The notes: generated from the letters alone by a model not told the origin. DNA of 64,000 nucleotides from Methylocystis sp. (GCA_016178015.1 JACOUB010000058.1:17395-81394), one strand, 5' to 3'. Shown: positions 1 through 13,144, counted from the first letter of the stretch. Made by a program: numbers and translations.

Positions 1-1001
1 TCGGTGGCGCCGAGTTCGTTTAAGACCTCGCGCGTGGTGCGCTGCATGATCTTGGCGCGCGGATCGTAATTTTTGTAGATGCGATGCCCAAAGCCCATGA
101 GCCGGAACGGATCGTTCTTGTCCTTGGCCTTGGCGATGTAACGGGGAATGCGCTCGGGCGTGCCGATTTCGGCCAGCATCTTCAGCACCGCCTCGTTGGC
201 GCCGCCGTGCGCCGGCCCCCACAGCGAGGCGATGCCGGCGGCCACGCAAGCGAAGGGATTGGCGCCGGACGAGCCGGCGAGCCGCACCGTCGAGGTGGAG
301 GCGTTCTGCTCGTGGTCGGCGTGCAGGATGAAGATGCGGTCGAGCGCGCGCGACAGCACGGGATTGACCTTGTAATCCTCGCACGGCACGGCAAAGCACA
401 TGCGCAGGAAATTCGACGTGTAGTCGAGATCGTTCTTCGGAAAGACGAACGGCTGGCCGATCGAATATTTGTAGGCCATGGCGGCGAGCGTCGGGATCTT
501 GGCGATCATGCGCGTCGAGGCGATCATCCGCTGCTTGGGATCGCTGATATTGGTCGAGTCGTGATAAAAGGCCGAGAGCGCGCCGACCGAGGCCACCATC
601 ACCGCCATCGGATGCGCGTCGCGGCGGAACCCTTGGAAGAAGCGCGCCATCTGCTCGTGCACCATGGTGTGGCGCGTAATGCGATAGTCGAAGTCGGCCT
701 TTTGCACCGCCGTCGGCAATTCGCCATAGAGCAGCAGATAACAGGTCTCGAGGAAATCGCCGTGCTCGGCCAGTTGCTCGATCGGATAGCCGCGATACAG
801 CAGCACGCCCGCGTCGCCGTCGATGTAGGTGATCTTGGATTCGCAGCTCGCCGTCGAGGTGAAGCCGGGATCATAGGTGAACATGCCCGTCTGGGCAAAG
901 AGCTTGCCGATATCGACGACATCGGGTCCGACCGTTCCGTGTTTGACGGGCAGATCGATCGACTTGTCGCCGATATGGAAGGAACCAGATGTCGCCGTCA
1001 T
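1..1001 (-). CDS. gltA: Type II citrate synthase; 3' end runs off the window; alternative start at 1034
   Basis: Not in ORF track (no stop in window). Manual translation gives [23 protein letters not shown] and [18 protein letters not shown]. Confidence 0.96.
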   Translation of the reverse strand, partial: MTATSGSFHIGDKSIDLPVKHGTVGPDVVDIGKLFAQTGMFTYDPGFTSTASCESKITYIDGDAGVLLYRGYPIEQLAEHGDFLETCYLLLYGELPTAVQKADFDYRITRHTMVHEQMARFFQGFRRDAHPMAVMVASVGALSAFYHDSTNISDPKQRMIASTRMIAKIPTLAAMAYKYSIGQPFVFPKNDLDYTSNFLRMCFAVPCEDYKVNPVLSRALDRIFILHADHEQNASTSTVRLAGSSGANPFACVAAGIASLWGPAHGGANEAVLKMLAEIGTPERIPRYIAKAKDKNDPFRLMGFGHRIYKNYDPRAKIMQRTTREVLNELGAT

Positions 1002-1169
1002 CGCCCCCACCTTCTCTCGTGATGGTCCAGACATGCGGCGCCCCTTTCTCGCGTTGGGCAGGAAATAGATTTGGGTCAGCTGGTCGTCATCGGCTGCTTG
1101 TGCGTCGCAAAAAAGGCTATAGCATGGCTCACGCCTGTTCAAGCGACGCTCGATGCGCGTCGGCGGCCG

Positions 1170-2591
1170 TCAGCCTGCTTGATCAGCAAGACGCGCCAGG
1201 CTCTCCTCGCGCCCGAGGATCGCCAGCACTTCGAATATGCCGGGCGAAGTGGCGCGGCCAGTCAACGCCGCGCGCAAAGGCTGCGCGATATCGCCGAGCT
1301 TGACGCCGCTTAAGGCGGAGATGTCACGCACGGCGTTCTCCGTCGTTTGCGCGTTCCACTCCTCGATCGCCGCCAGACGCGGCGCGAGTTCCGCCAGCCT
1401 GGCGCGCCCGCCCTGCGCCAGGATTTGCGCCGCCTTGGCGTCGAGCGCGAGCGGGCGTTCGGCGAACAAAAACGCTGCGCCGTCGAGCAGCTCGACAAGA
1501 GTCTTGGCGCGCGCCTTAAGGCCTGGCATGGCGGCGGCGAGCTGCGCTTTGCGAGAGGCGTCGAGCTTGCTGGCGATCTCCTTGCCGCCAGGCAGAAAAG
1601 GCAGAGTGGAAAGGAGCGCGTCCAACAGCTCGGCGTCGTCGCTGGCGCGCAGGTAATGGCCGTTCATATTCTCGAGCTTGGCGAAGTCGAAACGGGCCGG
1701 CGAGCGATGCACCTGGGCGAGATCGAAGGCCTCGATCATCTCCTGGGTCGAGAAGAATTCCTTATCGCCCTGGCTCCAGCCCAGACGCACCAGATAGTTG
1801 CGGAGCGCCGCGGGCAGATAGCCCATGGCGCGATAGGCGTCGACGCCGAGCGCCCCGTGCCGCTTGGAGAGTTTCGCGCCGTCGGGGCCGTGGATGAGCG
1901 GAATATGCGCCATGGCCGGCGCCCGCCAGCCGAGCGCATCGTAAATGTGCATTTGGCGCGCGGCGTTGGTGAGGTGATCGTCGCCGCGGATGATCTGCGT
2001 GACGCCCATGTCGTGATCGTCGACGACCACCGCCAGCATGAAGGTCGGCGTGCCGTCCGAGCGCAGCAGCACGAAATCGTCGAGGTCTTTGTTTGGAAAT
2101 ACGACGCGGCCCTGCACGCCGTCCTCGATCACCGTCTCGCCGTCTTTCGGCGCTTTCAACCGGATGACCGGCGCGGCGCCGGGCGGGGCGGTCTTTGGAT
2201 CACGATCGCGCCAACGACCGTCGTAGCGCGGCGGACGACCCTCCAGCCGCGCGTGTTCGCGCATGTCCTCGAGCTCCTGGGCGGTGGCGAAGCAGCGATA
2301 GGCCTTGCCCTGCGCCAGCAGTTCCTCCGCTACCTCGCGATGCCGATCGGCGCGCGCGAACTGATAGACGATATCGCCGTCCCATTGCAGTTCAAGCCAC
2401 GCGAGACCGTCGATGATGGCGTCGATCGCGGCGCGCGTCGAGCGTTCGCGGTCGGTGTCCTCGATGCGCAGCAGCATGCGGCCGCCGTGCTTCCTGGCGT
2501 AAAGCCAATTGAACAGAGCCGTGCGCGCGCCGCCGATATGGAGGAAGCCGGTGGGCGAGGGAGCGAAGCGGGTGACGACGTCTTGCGGCAT
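1170..2591 (-). CDS. gltX: Glutamate--tRNA ligase
   Basis: [14 protein letters not shown] (HIGH) and KLSKRH (KMSKS) motifs. Confidence 0.98.
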   Translation of the reverse strand: MPQDVVTRFAPSPTGFLHIGGARTALFNWLYARKHGGRMLLRIEDTDRERSTRAAIDAIIDGLAWLELQWDGDIVYQFARADRHREVAEELLAQGKAYRCFATAQELEDMREHARLEGRPPRYDGRWRDRDPKTAPPGAAPVIRLKAPKDGETVIEDGVQGRVVFPNKDLDDFVLLRSDGTPTFMLAVVVDDHDMGVTQIIRGDDHLTNAARQMHIYDALGWRAPAMAHIPLIHGPDGAKLSKRHGALGVDAYRAMGYLPAALRNYLVRLGWSQGDKEFFSTQEMIEAFDLAQVHRSPARFDFAKLENMNGHYLRASDDAELLDALLSTLPFLPGGKEIASKLDASRKAQLAAAMPGLKARAKTLVELLDGAAFLFAERPLALDAKAAQILAQGGRARLAELAPRLAAIEEWNAQTTENAVRDISALSGVKLGDIAQPLRAALTGRATSPGIFEVLAILGREESLARLADQAG

Positions 2592-3130
2592 TTGATGAAC
2601 CGGTCAGGATGAATGGAGGATTTACACCAACAGCGAAGCAGGCTTACCCGTCATATGTGGACGCGCCCCGGTGAAAAGCGCGAGCAAGAAGAAAAGCGAA
2701 GCGGCTCATCCGTGAGTGCCGAAATGCCATTGACCGCGCCAATCCGGCATAACAGAAGCGCCGCGCGGCCCGCACGCCGCGACCTCGCGTAAGGCCTATG
2801 CCTGCTCCATGATTGTCGAGACGCTCCTAATTTTTGCTCAGGTCGCGGCGCATGGGCCGTCGAGATCGGCTTAACCCGCGCGTTATGACTCTTTTGGGGC
2901 GGCGCTTCTGATCGCGGTCGCGATTGCCGGTGTGATCGTGAGGTTTTCCTCGAAACCTTGGCCTTTTTGGCGCATCATGATTGCGTTCCTGGCGGTCTTC
3001 ATGATTTGCTTGGTCATTCAACTGGTCTTCACGCGTTTTTATTGAGCTCGCCGGACCCGAGCGATCATATGGCGTTCTGGCGATCACGAACGCTCGATGA
3101 CAATTAGGCAAGTGGAAAACAGTCCTGAAC

Positions 3131-3880
3131 ATGAAATCCAGTCCATCGAACTTCGCGAGCGACGGCGCACCGGCGCGAATGGCTTTCCGAGTGCCGATAG
3201 GCGCCCGTCTACTTACGCTCTTTGGGGTCTTGGCGCTCGGGGGCGTCAGCGCGTTCCTGACGTTTGTCGCCGTCTTCTTCCTCTTGGTCCTGAGACAGTG
3301 GGCGTTTGGCGCGCTCGTTGTGGCGCCGGTGGCTTGTTTCATCGCCGGCCTTGCCGGCTATGGCGTGCGGGATCTGCGGGGAAAATGGGGTCTGCGCGTG
3401 ACTTCGGAAGCCGACTCGCTCGTCCTTGATTTGCCAGCGGGACGGTCGCTCATACACCATCCCGCCGCGCAACACGCGAAAATTCCGTATGCTGAGGTAG
3501 AAGCGATCGAATCCCGGCTCGAGGCCTATGGCTCCCTCGGGATGGGAATGATGCAGCGAGCATACGTGTTGCGACGCAAGGACGGGGAATTGATTTTTCT
3601 GTTCGAGGACCGCGCAATCGGGACACCATTTGAGAGTTCGCTCTTTCCAAGGCTCGCGGCCGACATTGCGGCGCGGGCAAACGTCCCGCTTCGCGACCAT
3701 GGCATGGTCGAGGGAGGCGGTGGATTCTTGGGGGTCTGGGGAGCACAAGCCCCGGATTGGGCGGCGCCCCCACTGCCCCTATCCCGCCAATACAGAATTT
3801 GGCGAGAAGTGGTGATAACTGGCGTGCTTCCCATTCCTATCATTTTGATCGCGTTGCTAGTGAGGCTGCTCAGCGGTTAG
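3131..3880 (+). CDS. Hypothetical membrane protein
   Basis: 249-aa ORF with two N-terminal and one C-terminal hydrophobic segments; no family recognised. Confidence 0.7.
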   Translation: MKSSPSNFASDGAPARMAFRVPIGARLLTLFGVLALGGVSAFLTFVAVFFLLVLRQWAFGALVVAPVACFIAGLAGYGVRDLRGKWGLRVTSEADSLVLDLPAGRSLIHHPAAQHAKIPYAEVEAIESRLEAYGSLGMGMMQRAYVLRRKDGELIFLFEDRAIGTPFESSLFPRLAADIAARANVPLRDHGMVEGGGGFLGVWGAQAPDWAAPPLPLSRQYRIWREVVITGVLPIPIILIALLVRLLSG

Positions 3881-3999
3881 ATGTGAACCGAGCTTGAGGC
3901 GAGAGTCGCGATCCGACCGACGTCGCAAGCTTGGGCAAGTCCTCCAGGCTGCGGTCTGCGGTTCAGGCTCTTTCGGAGATCGACGGGAGCGCGCCCGTC

Positions 4000-4662
4000 T
4001 CACTTCACCAGCGGGGCGAGAATTTGGTTGAGGTCGGCGACGGTGATTTCGCCGGCGTACTTGTCGCCATTTATGAAAAAGGTGGGCGTCGAGCCGATGC
4101 CGAATTTTTCGGCGGCGCGATCGCGGACCTGGCTGACGTTCTCGTAAAGCTGACGGTCCTTCAAGGTGGTTTGGAAAACCTCCTGGCTCATGCCGGTCTG
4201 CTTGAGGACGTTGGCCAGCGCATCGAGAGGTTTCTCGACCGAGGCCCAGTTCTTCAGCTGAGCGAACAGCAGATCGACGACCGCGTCGCGCTTGTCGCCA
4301 GAGGCGCGCGCCAGCATGAATGCGGCCGTCGCCAGAGGATCGAGCGGGAATTCGCGCAAGATGAACTTCACCTTGCCGGCGTCGATGTAAGTCTTCTTCA
4401 GCGTGGGATAGACGTCTTTATGGAACGTCGCACAATGGCTGCAGGTCATCGAGGCGTATTCGACGATGGTGACAGGGGCGTCCGCCTTGCCCTCGACGAT
4501 GTCGGGGAGGGCGTTCGCCGCCATCAGTTCGTCTAAGGGGACTTTTCCGATCGCGGCCCTTTCCGCCAGGGCGGCGCCCGCGAATCCGACAATCGCCCAA
4601 CAACCAGCGGCCGCGATGATGGCGCGACGGGAGAGACGAGAACGAAGATTAGCCATGGTCAT
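4000..4662 (-). CDS. DsbA-family thioredoxin-fold protein
   Basis: EYASMTCSHCA (CxxC), FILREFPLD, GSTPTFFING; Arg-rich N-terminal signal. Confidence 0.92.
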   Translation of the reverse strand: MTMANLRSRLSRRAIIAAAGCWAIVGFAGAALAERAAIGKVPLDELMAANALPDIVEGKADAPVTIVEYASMTCSHCATFHKDVYPTLKKTYIDAGKVKFILREFPLDPLATAAFMLARASGDKRDAVVDLLFAQLKNWASVEKPLDALANVLKQTGMSQEVFQTTLKDRQLYENVSQVRDRAAEKFGIGSTPTFFINGDKYAGEITVADLNQILAPLVK

Positions 4663-4752
4663 TCCGTGAATCGAGGAACCAACCAGCATAGACTGCGCTA
4701 TGAATGTGGCAATCTGATTTGTGTCGGAACGGCCATCGCCGCTCGGCGGTCG

Positions 4753-5370
4753 TCAGCGCGAATAGTATTCGATGACGAGGTTCGGCTCCATCTGCACCGG
4801 ATAGGGCACTTCCGACCGTAGCGGCACGCGCGACAATTTGGCCGTCAGCTTGGAATGATCGACTTCATAGAATTCGGGGACGTCGCGTTCGGCGAGATTG
4901 ATGGCCTCGAGAACCGTGACGGCCTGTTTCGAGCTCTCCTTGACTTCGATCACATCGCCCGGCTTCACCAGGAAGGAGGCGATGTTGACGCGCTTGCCGT
5001 TCACCTTGATGTGGCCGTGGTTGACGAACTGGCGCGCCGCGAACACGGTCGGCACGAATTTGGCGCGGTAGACGACGGCGTCGAGACGGCGCTCCAGCAG
5101 GCCGATGAGATTGTCGCCGGAGTCGCCCTTCATGCGGATCGCTTCCGCGTAATATTTGCGGAACTGCTTCTCCGAGATGTTGCCGTAATAGCCTTTGAGC
5201 TTCTGCTTGGCCTTGAGCTGGGTGCCGAAGTCGGAGAGCTTGCCCTTGCGGCGCTGGCCATGTTGACCTGGGCTGTATTCGCGCCGGTTCACCGGGCTCT
5301 TGGGGCGGCCCCAGATATTCTGGCCCATGCGGCGATCAATCTTGTATTTGGCTTCGGCGCGCTTCGTCAC
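4753..5370 (-). CDS. rpsD: 30S ribosomal protein S4
   Basis: GTG start; [41 protein letters not shown]. Confidence 0.98.
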   Translation of the reverse strand: MTKRAEAKYKIDRRMGQNIWGRPKSPVNRREYSPGQHGQRRKGKLSDFGTQLKAKQKLKGYYGNISEKQFRKYYAEAIRMKGDSGDNLIGLLERRLDAVVYRAKFVPTVFAARQFVNHGHIKVNGKRVNIASFLVKPGDVIEVKESSKQAVTVLEAINLAERDVPEFYEVDHSKLTAKLSRVPLRSEVPYPVQMEPNLVIEYYSR

Positions 5371-5690
5371 TCTTATCGTCCCTCTTTTTTGCTTCCGATC
5401 GGCGGCGCACGAAGCGACGGGACGCGCGCTCCCTCGAGGGAGGCGCCATCGAACCACGTTCTCGCGCGCCGGAAAATCCTGGGCGTCAGGAACGCGCCCT
5501 CCTCTGCCGGTTTGCAGTCCGGCCGACAGGCTGCTTGCTCAATCGTCTTACAAAAGAGCAGCGGCCACGGGTGCGCGTCGGCTCAAGCCATGCCCGAGCC
5601 GAACAGCAGGCGGCTTACCGGCGAGCGGGCAAAGAGTCAAGAAAAACGCGCCGCCCTTCGCCAATCGCCGCGCGATTCGCCGAGCGGTCC

Positions 5691-6029
5691 TCAGAACTGG
5701 AACTGCCCGTCGCTCCAAGGTTGATCGAGCCGGCGCGGCAGCGTCTCGCCCCCGAACCAGCTGCGCTGATTGGCCTGGATCGGGTCCTGATTGAAAAAGG
5801 TCTGCTCCACCACGTAGCGATTCCTGCTGCCGACGGGAACTTTGGTTCCCGGATCCAGGAAACTGCGGCGTTGGACCACCAGCGGCGGGCGCCCGTAATA
5901 ATAAGCCTCGCTGGCGTAGCCATAGGCATGGCCATGGCGCCGCGGCCTGGCGAGCGCGTCGCTCGTCCCCATTACAGCGCCGAGGCAGGCGAGGCCCAGC
6001 GATAGTTTCACCAAGTTGTGCATCATCAT
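5691..6029 (-). CDS. Small, probably secreted hypothetical protein
   Basis: Signal-peptide-like N-terminus (LSLGLACLGAVMGTSDALA-RP) followed by an aromatic-rich mature region. Confidence 0.7.
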   Translation of the reverse strand: MMMHNLVKLSLGLACLGAVMGTSDALARPRRHGHAYGYASEAYYYGRPPLVVQRRSFLDPGTKVPVGSRNRYVVEQTFFNQDPIQANQRSWFGGETLPRRLDQPWSDGQFQF

Positions 6030-6138
6030 CACCCAATCAATCGACGTTCCGCGGCCATGATAGCCGATTGTCCGGGAAAACGATACAGCTTCGATCGCGC
6101 TTTCGCGCCCCGCGCCCGGATCAAGCCGGATATAGGAC

Positions 6139-7038
6139 TCAGCGCGCGGAGGTCGAGCGCGAGCGCTTGGCGGCGGGCGGATGAGGATGGGCGTCGGGCG
6201 GGTTGGCCTTGGCCGCACCGGGCGCGCCGCCGCAGGCGAGGCGCCCCTGCGCGCGCTCCAGCTCCGCCTTCAGGAAGAACTGCTCCATCGCTTTGTTGTC
6301 GCCGCTCGACGCGAATTCGAGGCGATCGAGGATGCAGGTTAAAGCCGGTCGGTCGATCGGTTGCCCCGTCGCGCCGCATGCGAGGCCCGCGATCTCCAGC
6401 GACGGTTTCGAATCCACCAGCCGGACTGCGAGACAGTCGCGTTCGCTCAAAGAGGAGGCCGCGTCGGCGTGCGACAGGCGAATGTCGGCTGCTTCGAAGG
6501 AACCGAAGCGAGAGGCGAGAGGGCTGGGCTGGCCGATGCGCATGACGGCGAGGCCCGCCTGCGCAGCATGGCGCGTCATGTCGAGAAAGAAGTCGGAATT
6601 CATGAGTTTTTCGCCGCCGGCTTGGTGGATATGGAGACGCAGATAGGCGCCGCCGCCGTCGAACTCGCCAAGGACGAGCGCGTCCTCGCGGTCGCCGCCC
6701 TGCTCCAGCCGCAGCACGGAATAGGTATTTTTGGCATGGGCGAATTCGGGAGCGGAGAGAGCGAAAGCCGCGGGGCGCCCGGCTGCGCCGGCCGGCATGG
6801 CCACGCTCGGCGCGAACGCCGTCGCGATCGCCGCGGCCGTCGCGGCGGCGGTCACGGGCGGCGGCGGCGATTTCGCTTGTTTGACCGCAGACTCGCCGGC
6901 AAATGGGAGGGCGAGGGTCAAGACGACAATCGCCGCTATGCCGATCATCGAAGCGGCGAGGCTTCCTAAAGGGCGGGCGCGCAACGCGCGCGGCGCGGCA
7001 AAAGCGGAAAGTTCTTCGCTGGCAATGGTCCAACTCAT
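6139..7038 (-). CDS. Hypothetical membrane-anchored protein
   Basis: 299-aa ORF with one N-terminal TM segment and a Pro/Ala linker. Confidence 0.7.
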   Translation of the reverse strand: MSWTIASEELSAFAAPRALRARPLGSLAASMIGIAAIVVLTLALPFAGESAVKQAKSPPPPVTAAATAAAIATAFAPSVAMPAGAAGRPAAFALSAPEFAHAKNTYSVLRLEQGGDREDALVLGEFDGGGAYLRLHIHQAGGEKLMNSDFFLDMTRHAAQAGLAVMRIGQPSPLASRFGSFEAADIRLSHADAASSLSERDCLAVRLVDSKPSLEIAGLACGATGQPIDRPALTCILDRLEFASSGDNKAMEQFFLKAELERAQGRLACGGAPGAAKANPPDAHPHPPAAKRSRSTSAR

Positions 7039-7184
7039 GACACAACTCCAATCAGCCCGCCGTTGCCGACGCGCCGATTATGCCGAAAATTCTCGAGATC
7101 GGGGTTACCGCTCGTCAACGATCTCGCGCCGAGGTAAATAAATGGTTGATTTGTCCGGCGCCACATAATCAGACAAACTTATGT

Positions 7185-9083
<1,899 letters not shown>

Positions 9084-9118
9084 CTACTGACGCTTCGAGC
9101 TATCGAGCGACTGCCGCG

Positions 9119-9206
9119 TTGGCCTTCCCTTCGCCGGCATGACCCGGATCAGGTTCGATGGGTGCTTCTCAGCCGCTCTCGTTGAGCGGCGCCCCTCGCC
9201 ATTCAA
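9119..9206 (-). ncRNA. TPP (thi-box) riboswitch
   Basis: Minus strand reads GGCTGAGAAGCACCCATCGAACCTGATCCGGGTCATGCCGGCGAAGGGA, directly upstream of thiC. Confidence 0.95.
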
Positions 9207-9370
9207 ATGCGATGTTATCCATTGCCGCCGCCGGCGGCAAGGTGGAGCGGTGCAATGGAACAATTCGCGCGACGAGGGCCGCATCCTGTGAGGGGGGGAG
9301 CGCACGAGCGAAGGAATACGTCGTTGACAGGGGACGCCCCACTCGCACGCTCCCTCTTCGAAGCCGAAGC

Positions 9371-9703
9371 TCACAGCCCCAACACCTGCCGCACGCCCTT
9401 CTCGACGGCTTCGAGATCAGCGGGCGACAATCTGCCCATGGCGTTCTTCAGTCGGCGCTTGTCGATTGTGCGCACCTGCCCGCAGAGCGCCGTCGAAGTC
9501 GCCATGCCTGCCGACGGCGCCGAGACGACGAGAGGCGGCAGGGGGCGCGGCGACGACGACAGGGGCACGACAACCACCGTGCGCAACTTCTTGTTGAAGG
9601 CAGAAATCGACAGGATCACGCAAGGTCGCGCCGCGCCCTGTTGTTCGCTGCCGATCGTCGGTTCGAGATCGACGCGGTAAATGTCGCCACGTCCAATGCT
9701 CAT
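9371..9703 (-). CDS. PemK/MazF-family type II toxin
   Basis: RGDIYRVDLEPTIGSEQQGAARPCVILS, ALCGQVRTIDKRRL. Confidence 0.93.
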   Translation of the reverse strand: MSIGRGDIYRVDLEPTIGSEQQGAARPCVILSISAFNKKLRTVVVVPLSSSPRPLPPLVVSAPSAGMATSTALCGQVRTIDKRRLKNAMGRLSPADLEAVEKGVRQVLGL

Positions 9704-9945
9704 GGTTGCTCGTCGAGGCCGTCGGCGCTGGTTATGTCGAAGGCGTCAACATCGCCGCGGGCTTGGGCAAAATCGGGATGCGTCTCAAACTCGGCCGCAA
9801 GCGCCTCCAGTTGCCCCGTACGCTCGACGAGCGCACGCCGCATGAGCGCTTGCACGACCTTGCTGCGCTCGCCGGGAGGAACGAGTTCGTTGAACTTGAG
9901 CAGCACGTCTGGCTCGATCGTATAGGAGGCGCGCAGCGTCGGCAT
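9700..9945 (-). CDS. Cognate antitoxin, probably ribbon-helix-helix
   Basis: 81 aa, 4-nt overlap with the toxin, acidic C-terminus. Confidence 0.82.
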   Translation of the reverse strand: MPTLRASYTIEPDVLLKFNELVPPGERSKVVQALMRRALVERTGQLEALAAEFETHPDFAQARGDVDAFDITSADGLDEQP

Positions 9946-10366
9946 GTGAAGCAGCTCTTTGAGGGGTATGTAGTATTATTGCATACCATATAGCATGGCC
10001 GGAGAAGCGCGCAAGGGCGGAATATTTTAGACGTTCCACTACCCAACAGAGCATGTGTCGAGCAGAACAATGAAAAAGCTGGATGCTTGTTTTGGGTAAC
10101 GAGAAGACACGTCGGACGCCGGAAGCGCTGACTGCAAACTGGGCGGATAACGCGCTTTTGGAATGTCGCGTGAAGCGAGCGCATGCCGCTTTTCAAGCAG
10201 CGGCCGCGCGAAACTGTGGCAAATACGTGACATCGCCACAATAATTGCCGTTTCCGCCGCCGTACGCTGCCTGTTTGCGTGAGCTCTGCTAATTTGCACG
10301 CAAGCTTTAGCGTTACCCCGGTTGGCGGCTCCTCCCTGGTCGAGCGCCGGTTGTCAACAAGGCGAA

Positions 10367-11776
10367 ATGAACATGCACAAGTCGGTGCGGCTCTCTCTCT
10401 TAATCACCTTGTCAGCGCTCGCCTTCGCCGCCGCCGATCCGGCGTCGGCCGCCGACGGCTATTTCCTGATCGGCTATGGCGCACGGCAAAAGGCGCTGGC
10501 CGGCGCTGATGTCGCCGACTCGCAGGACGCCATGGCGCTTTCGGTTAATCCCGCCGGCATCGTCGGCCTCGAACGGCAGTTTCAGGTCGGCATGACGGCG
10601 CTGCTGCCCGAACGCGGCTATTCCACGCAAGGCATGCCGGTCGTCCTCGCGCGGGGCAACGTGCGCAGCGAGCGCCCGATCTTTCCCGTGCCCAACGACG
10701 CCTATGTCGAGCCGATCGACGCCGATTCGGCCTGGGGTTACGCGTCCTACGCCAATGGCGGCATCAACACGGCCTATTCGTTCTGGAACTTCAAACAACC
10801 GATCTTCGCTCCTACGATCGGGGGCGTCACGCCGCTCATCGCCCCCTCGTTCGGCGGTCCGTTCGGCGGCGGGTTTGCCGGAGTGGACCTCGAGCAGGGC
10901 TTCGTCAGCGTCGGCTACGCCAGAAGGTTCGGCTCGGTGAGCGTCGGCGTCGCGCCGACGGCCGCTGTCCAGATCTTGAAAGTGCAGGGGCTGAGAACGC
11001 TTGCCGTCTATTCGTCCAATAGGTTCGAATTTTCCGACAACGGCTATGACTGGTCGGTCGGCGGCGGCGTCCGCGCCGGCGTCGAATGGCGGGCGACCAA
11101 GGAACTGCGCTTCGCCTTCGCGGGGTCGACGCCGATGTTCATGTCGGCGTTCGGCAAATATTCCGGCCTGCTGACCAACGCCGGCAGTTTCGACATTCCG
11201 GCCAATCTCACGGCGGGCGCCGCCTATGACGTGCTGCCCAACCTGACGCTCATGGCCGATTGGAAGCATATTTTCTATTCGGCCATCCCGGCGCTCGGCA
11301 ATTCGAGCTTCCCAATCTTGCCGAGCTCACTCGGCTCGCCCGACGGACCCGGCTTCGACTGGCGCGACACCGACTCCGTCGCGGTCGGCGTGGAATGGCG
11401 CGCGACCAAGGATATCGCCTTGCGCGCCGGCTATCATCACAGCAGCAATCCGATTAGAGCGCGCGCCGCCACGCTTGCCGTGCTCGCGCCGGCCATCGGC
11501 GAACATTTTATCGCCGGCGGCTTCAGCTATCAGGCGACGCAAAACTCGTCGATCGACTTCGCCACTGTCTATCAGTTCAAGAACTCGATCACCGGTCTCG
11601 AGGACGTTCCGTTTGTGGCGTTCTCCTATGCGCCGCTTCCGATCGCCGTCGCGATCCCGGCCCATTACAATACCAACGCGACGGTCACGACCTGGCTGCG
11701 CGGCCTCGAATTCGCGCTCAGCTGGACCTACAAATTCGATCCCGGCACGACCAACTGGCTGCCGACTCATCTGTGA
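10367..11776 (+). CDS. FadL/OmpP1/TodX-family outer-membrane hydrophobic-compound channel
   Basis: Signal peptide, then DGYFLIGYGARQKALAGA and ALSVNPAG (hatch NPA motif); beta-barrel pattern. Confidence 0.9.
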   Translation: MNMHKSVRLSLLITLSALAFAAADPASAADGYFLIGYGARQKALAGADVADSQDAMALSVNPAGIVGLERQFQVGMTALLPERGYSTQGMPVVLARGNVRSERPIFPVPNDAYVEPIDADSAWGYASYANGGINTAYSFWNFKQPIFAPTIGGVTPLIAPSFGGPFGGGFAGVDLEQGFVSVGYARRFGSVSVGVAPTAAVQILKVQGLRTLAVYSSNRFEFSDNGYDWSVGGGVRAGVEWRATKELRFAFAGSTPMFMSAFGKYSGLLTNAGSFDIPANLTAGAAYDVLPNLTLMADWKHIFYSAIPALGNSSFPILPSSLGSPDGPGFDWRDTDSVAVGVEWRATKDIALRAGYHHSSNPIRARAATLAVLAPAIGEHFIAGGFSYQATQNSSIDFATVYQFKNSITGLEDVPFVAFSYAPLPIAVAIPAHYNTNATVTTWLRGLEFALSWTYKFDPGTTNWLPTHL

Positions 11777-11804
11777 GAAGACGCCAACCGCCTTGGATAT
11801 TGTC

Positions 11805-11942
11805 CGTCATGCCCACGCTTGTCGCGGGCATCCACGCCACGACATCGCGGGACGATGGAAGACTTAGTGCGACGTTACGCTCGACCTCGTATCGCTTCGC
11901 AATGTCCCGGCGTGGATGGCCGGGACGAGCCCGGCCATGACG
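11805..11942. repeat. CGTC-tagged REP/MITE-like inverted pair (family 1, reverse orientation)
   Basis: CGTCATGCCCACGCTTGTCGCGGGCATCCACGCC...GGCGTGGATGGCCGGGACGAGCCCGGCCATGACG; homologous copies at 14203 and 34738. Confidence 0.9.
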
Positions 11943-11960
11943 ATGCGATGAGTCAGCATA

Positions 11961-12001
11961 AATTCCCGATCGCTCGCTCCGCGAGCGTCGGGAATGACAC
12001 C
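11961..12001. repeat. Single arm of a GTCATTCCCG-type REP (family 3)
   Basis: ATTCCCGATCGCTCGCTCCGCGAGCGTCGGGAATGACA hairpin; same terminus as the element at 19468-19568. Confidence 0.7.
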
Positions 12002-12023
12002 AGGCAATCGACCGAACCCCGGC

Positions 12024-13133
12024 TCACCCTTTGACGATCGTCGGCGGGGCGCGGCGCGACTGCGTCTCCAGCAGGGTTTTCACCTTGGCCGCGAGGTTGA
12101 GATAGATCGCCGCATGCGGCCCCTGCGGAGCGGCGCCGACGACCGGCTGCCCGGCGTCCGACGTTTCGCGAATCGTCGCGTCCAACGGGACCTCTCCCAA
12201 AAAGGCGACTTGCAGCGCCTCGGCGTCGCGGCGGGCGCCGCCATGGGCGAAAATATCGGTGCGGCCGCCGCAATGCGGACAGACGAAATAACTCATGTTC
12301 TCGATTACGCCGAGCACCGGGACCTCGACGCGCCGGAACATGGCGACGGCGCGGCGCGCGTCGATGAGCGCAAGGTCCTGCGGCGTCGAGACGATCACCG
12401 CGCCACTGAGCGGAACCTGCTGCGCCATGGTGAGCTGCGCGTCGCCGGTGCCGGGCGGCATGTCGACGACGAGACAATCCAGCTCGCCCCAGGCGACCTC
12501 GCCGAGCATCTGCGTCAGCGCCGACGAAACCATCGGGCCACGCCACACCATCGGCACATTCTCATCGATCAGAAAGCCGATCGACATGACCTTTATGCCG
12601 AAGGCCTCGAGCGGGATCATCTTGCCGCCCTCGACTTGCGGGCGGGCGCGAAGACCAAAGAGGCGCGGCGCCGACGGCCCATAGACGTCGGCGTCCAGCA
12701 GACCGACGCGCCACCCTTGCGCGGCAAGACCGAGCGCGAGATTGGCGGCGGTGGTGGACTTGCCGACGCCGCCCTTGCCGGAGGCGACGGCGATGACGAA
12801 ACGAATTTTGTCGAGGGTTGCGATCGCCGCGCGGCGCGGCGCGGCATGGGAAGGAGAGGCGCCGGCGCCAGAACTCGTCTTGGCTTGCGGCGCGCGCTCG
12901 GCGGTCAGCGTCACCACCGCCTGCTCGATGCCCGGAACGTTGCGCACGGCGCGCTCGGCGTCCCGCCGCACCTCTTCCATCGCTGTCGCTTGCTCTGGAT
13001 CAGCGGCAATGGAAACGAAAGCCTTGGCGCCCAGCACATTGATCCCGCTCACCGCGCCCGACGCGGCGAGCGAGCCGCCGCCCAAAGCCGCGACGCTCTC
13101 CAAGGCTTTCATTACGTCTGCTTCGCTCGCCAC
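12024..13133 (-). CDS. mrp: Mrp/ApbC/NBP35 Fe-S cluster carrier ATPase
   Basis: VASGKGGVGKST, DMPPGTGD, ENMSYFVCPHC. Confidence 0.96.
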   Translation of the reverse strand: MASEADVMKALESVAALGGGSLAASGAVSGINVLGAKAFVSIAADPEQATAMEEVRRDAERAVRNVPGIEQAVVTLTAERAPQAKTSSGAGASPSHAAPRRAAIATLDKIRFVIAVASGKGGVGKSTTAANLALGLAAQGWRVGLLDADVYGPSAPRLFGLRARPQVEGGKMIPLEAFGIKVMSIGFLIDENVPMVWRGPMVSSALTQMLGEVAWGELDCLVVDMPPGTGDAQLTMAQQVPLSGAVIVSTPQDLALIDARRAVAMFRRVEVPVLGVIENMSYFVCPHCGGRTDIFAHGGARRDAEALQVAFLGEVPLDATIRETSDAGQPVVGAAPQGPHAAIYLNLAAKVKTLLETQSRRAPPTIVKG

Positions 13134-13144
13134 TTTTTCACCGT

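Noticed and set aside
84-2612. Long plus-strand ORFs 84-1022 and 1347-2612, and similar ones such as 37711-39159 (-) and 42411-43328 (+)
   Set aside because: Antisense shadows of real high-GC genes; no motifs or plausible composition
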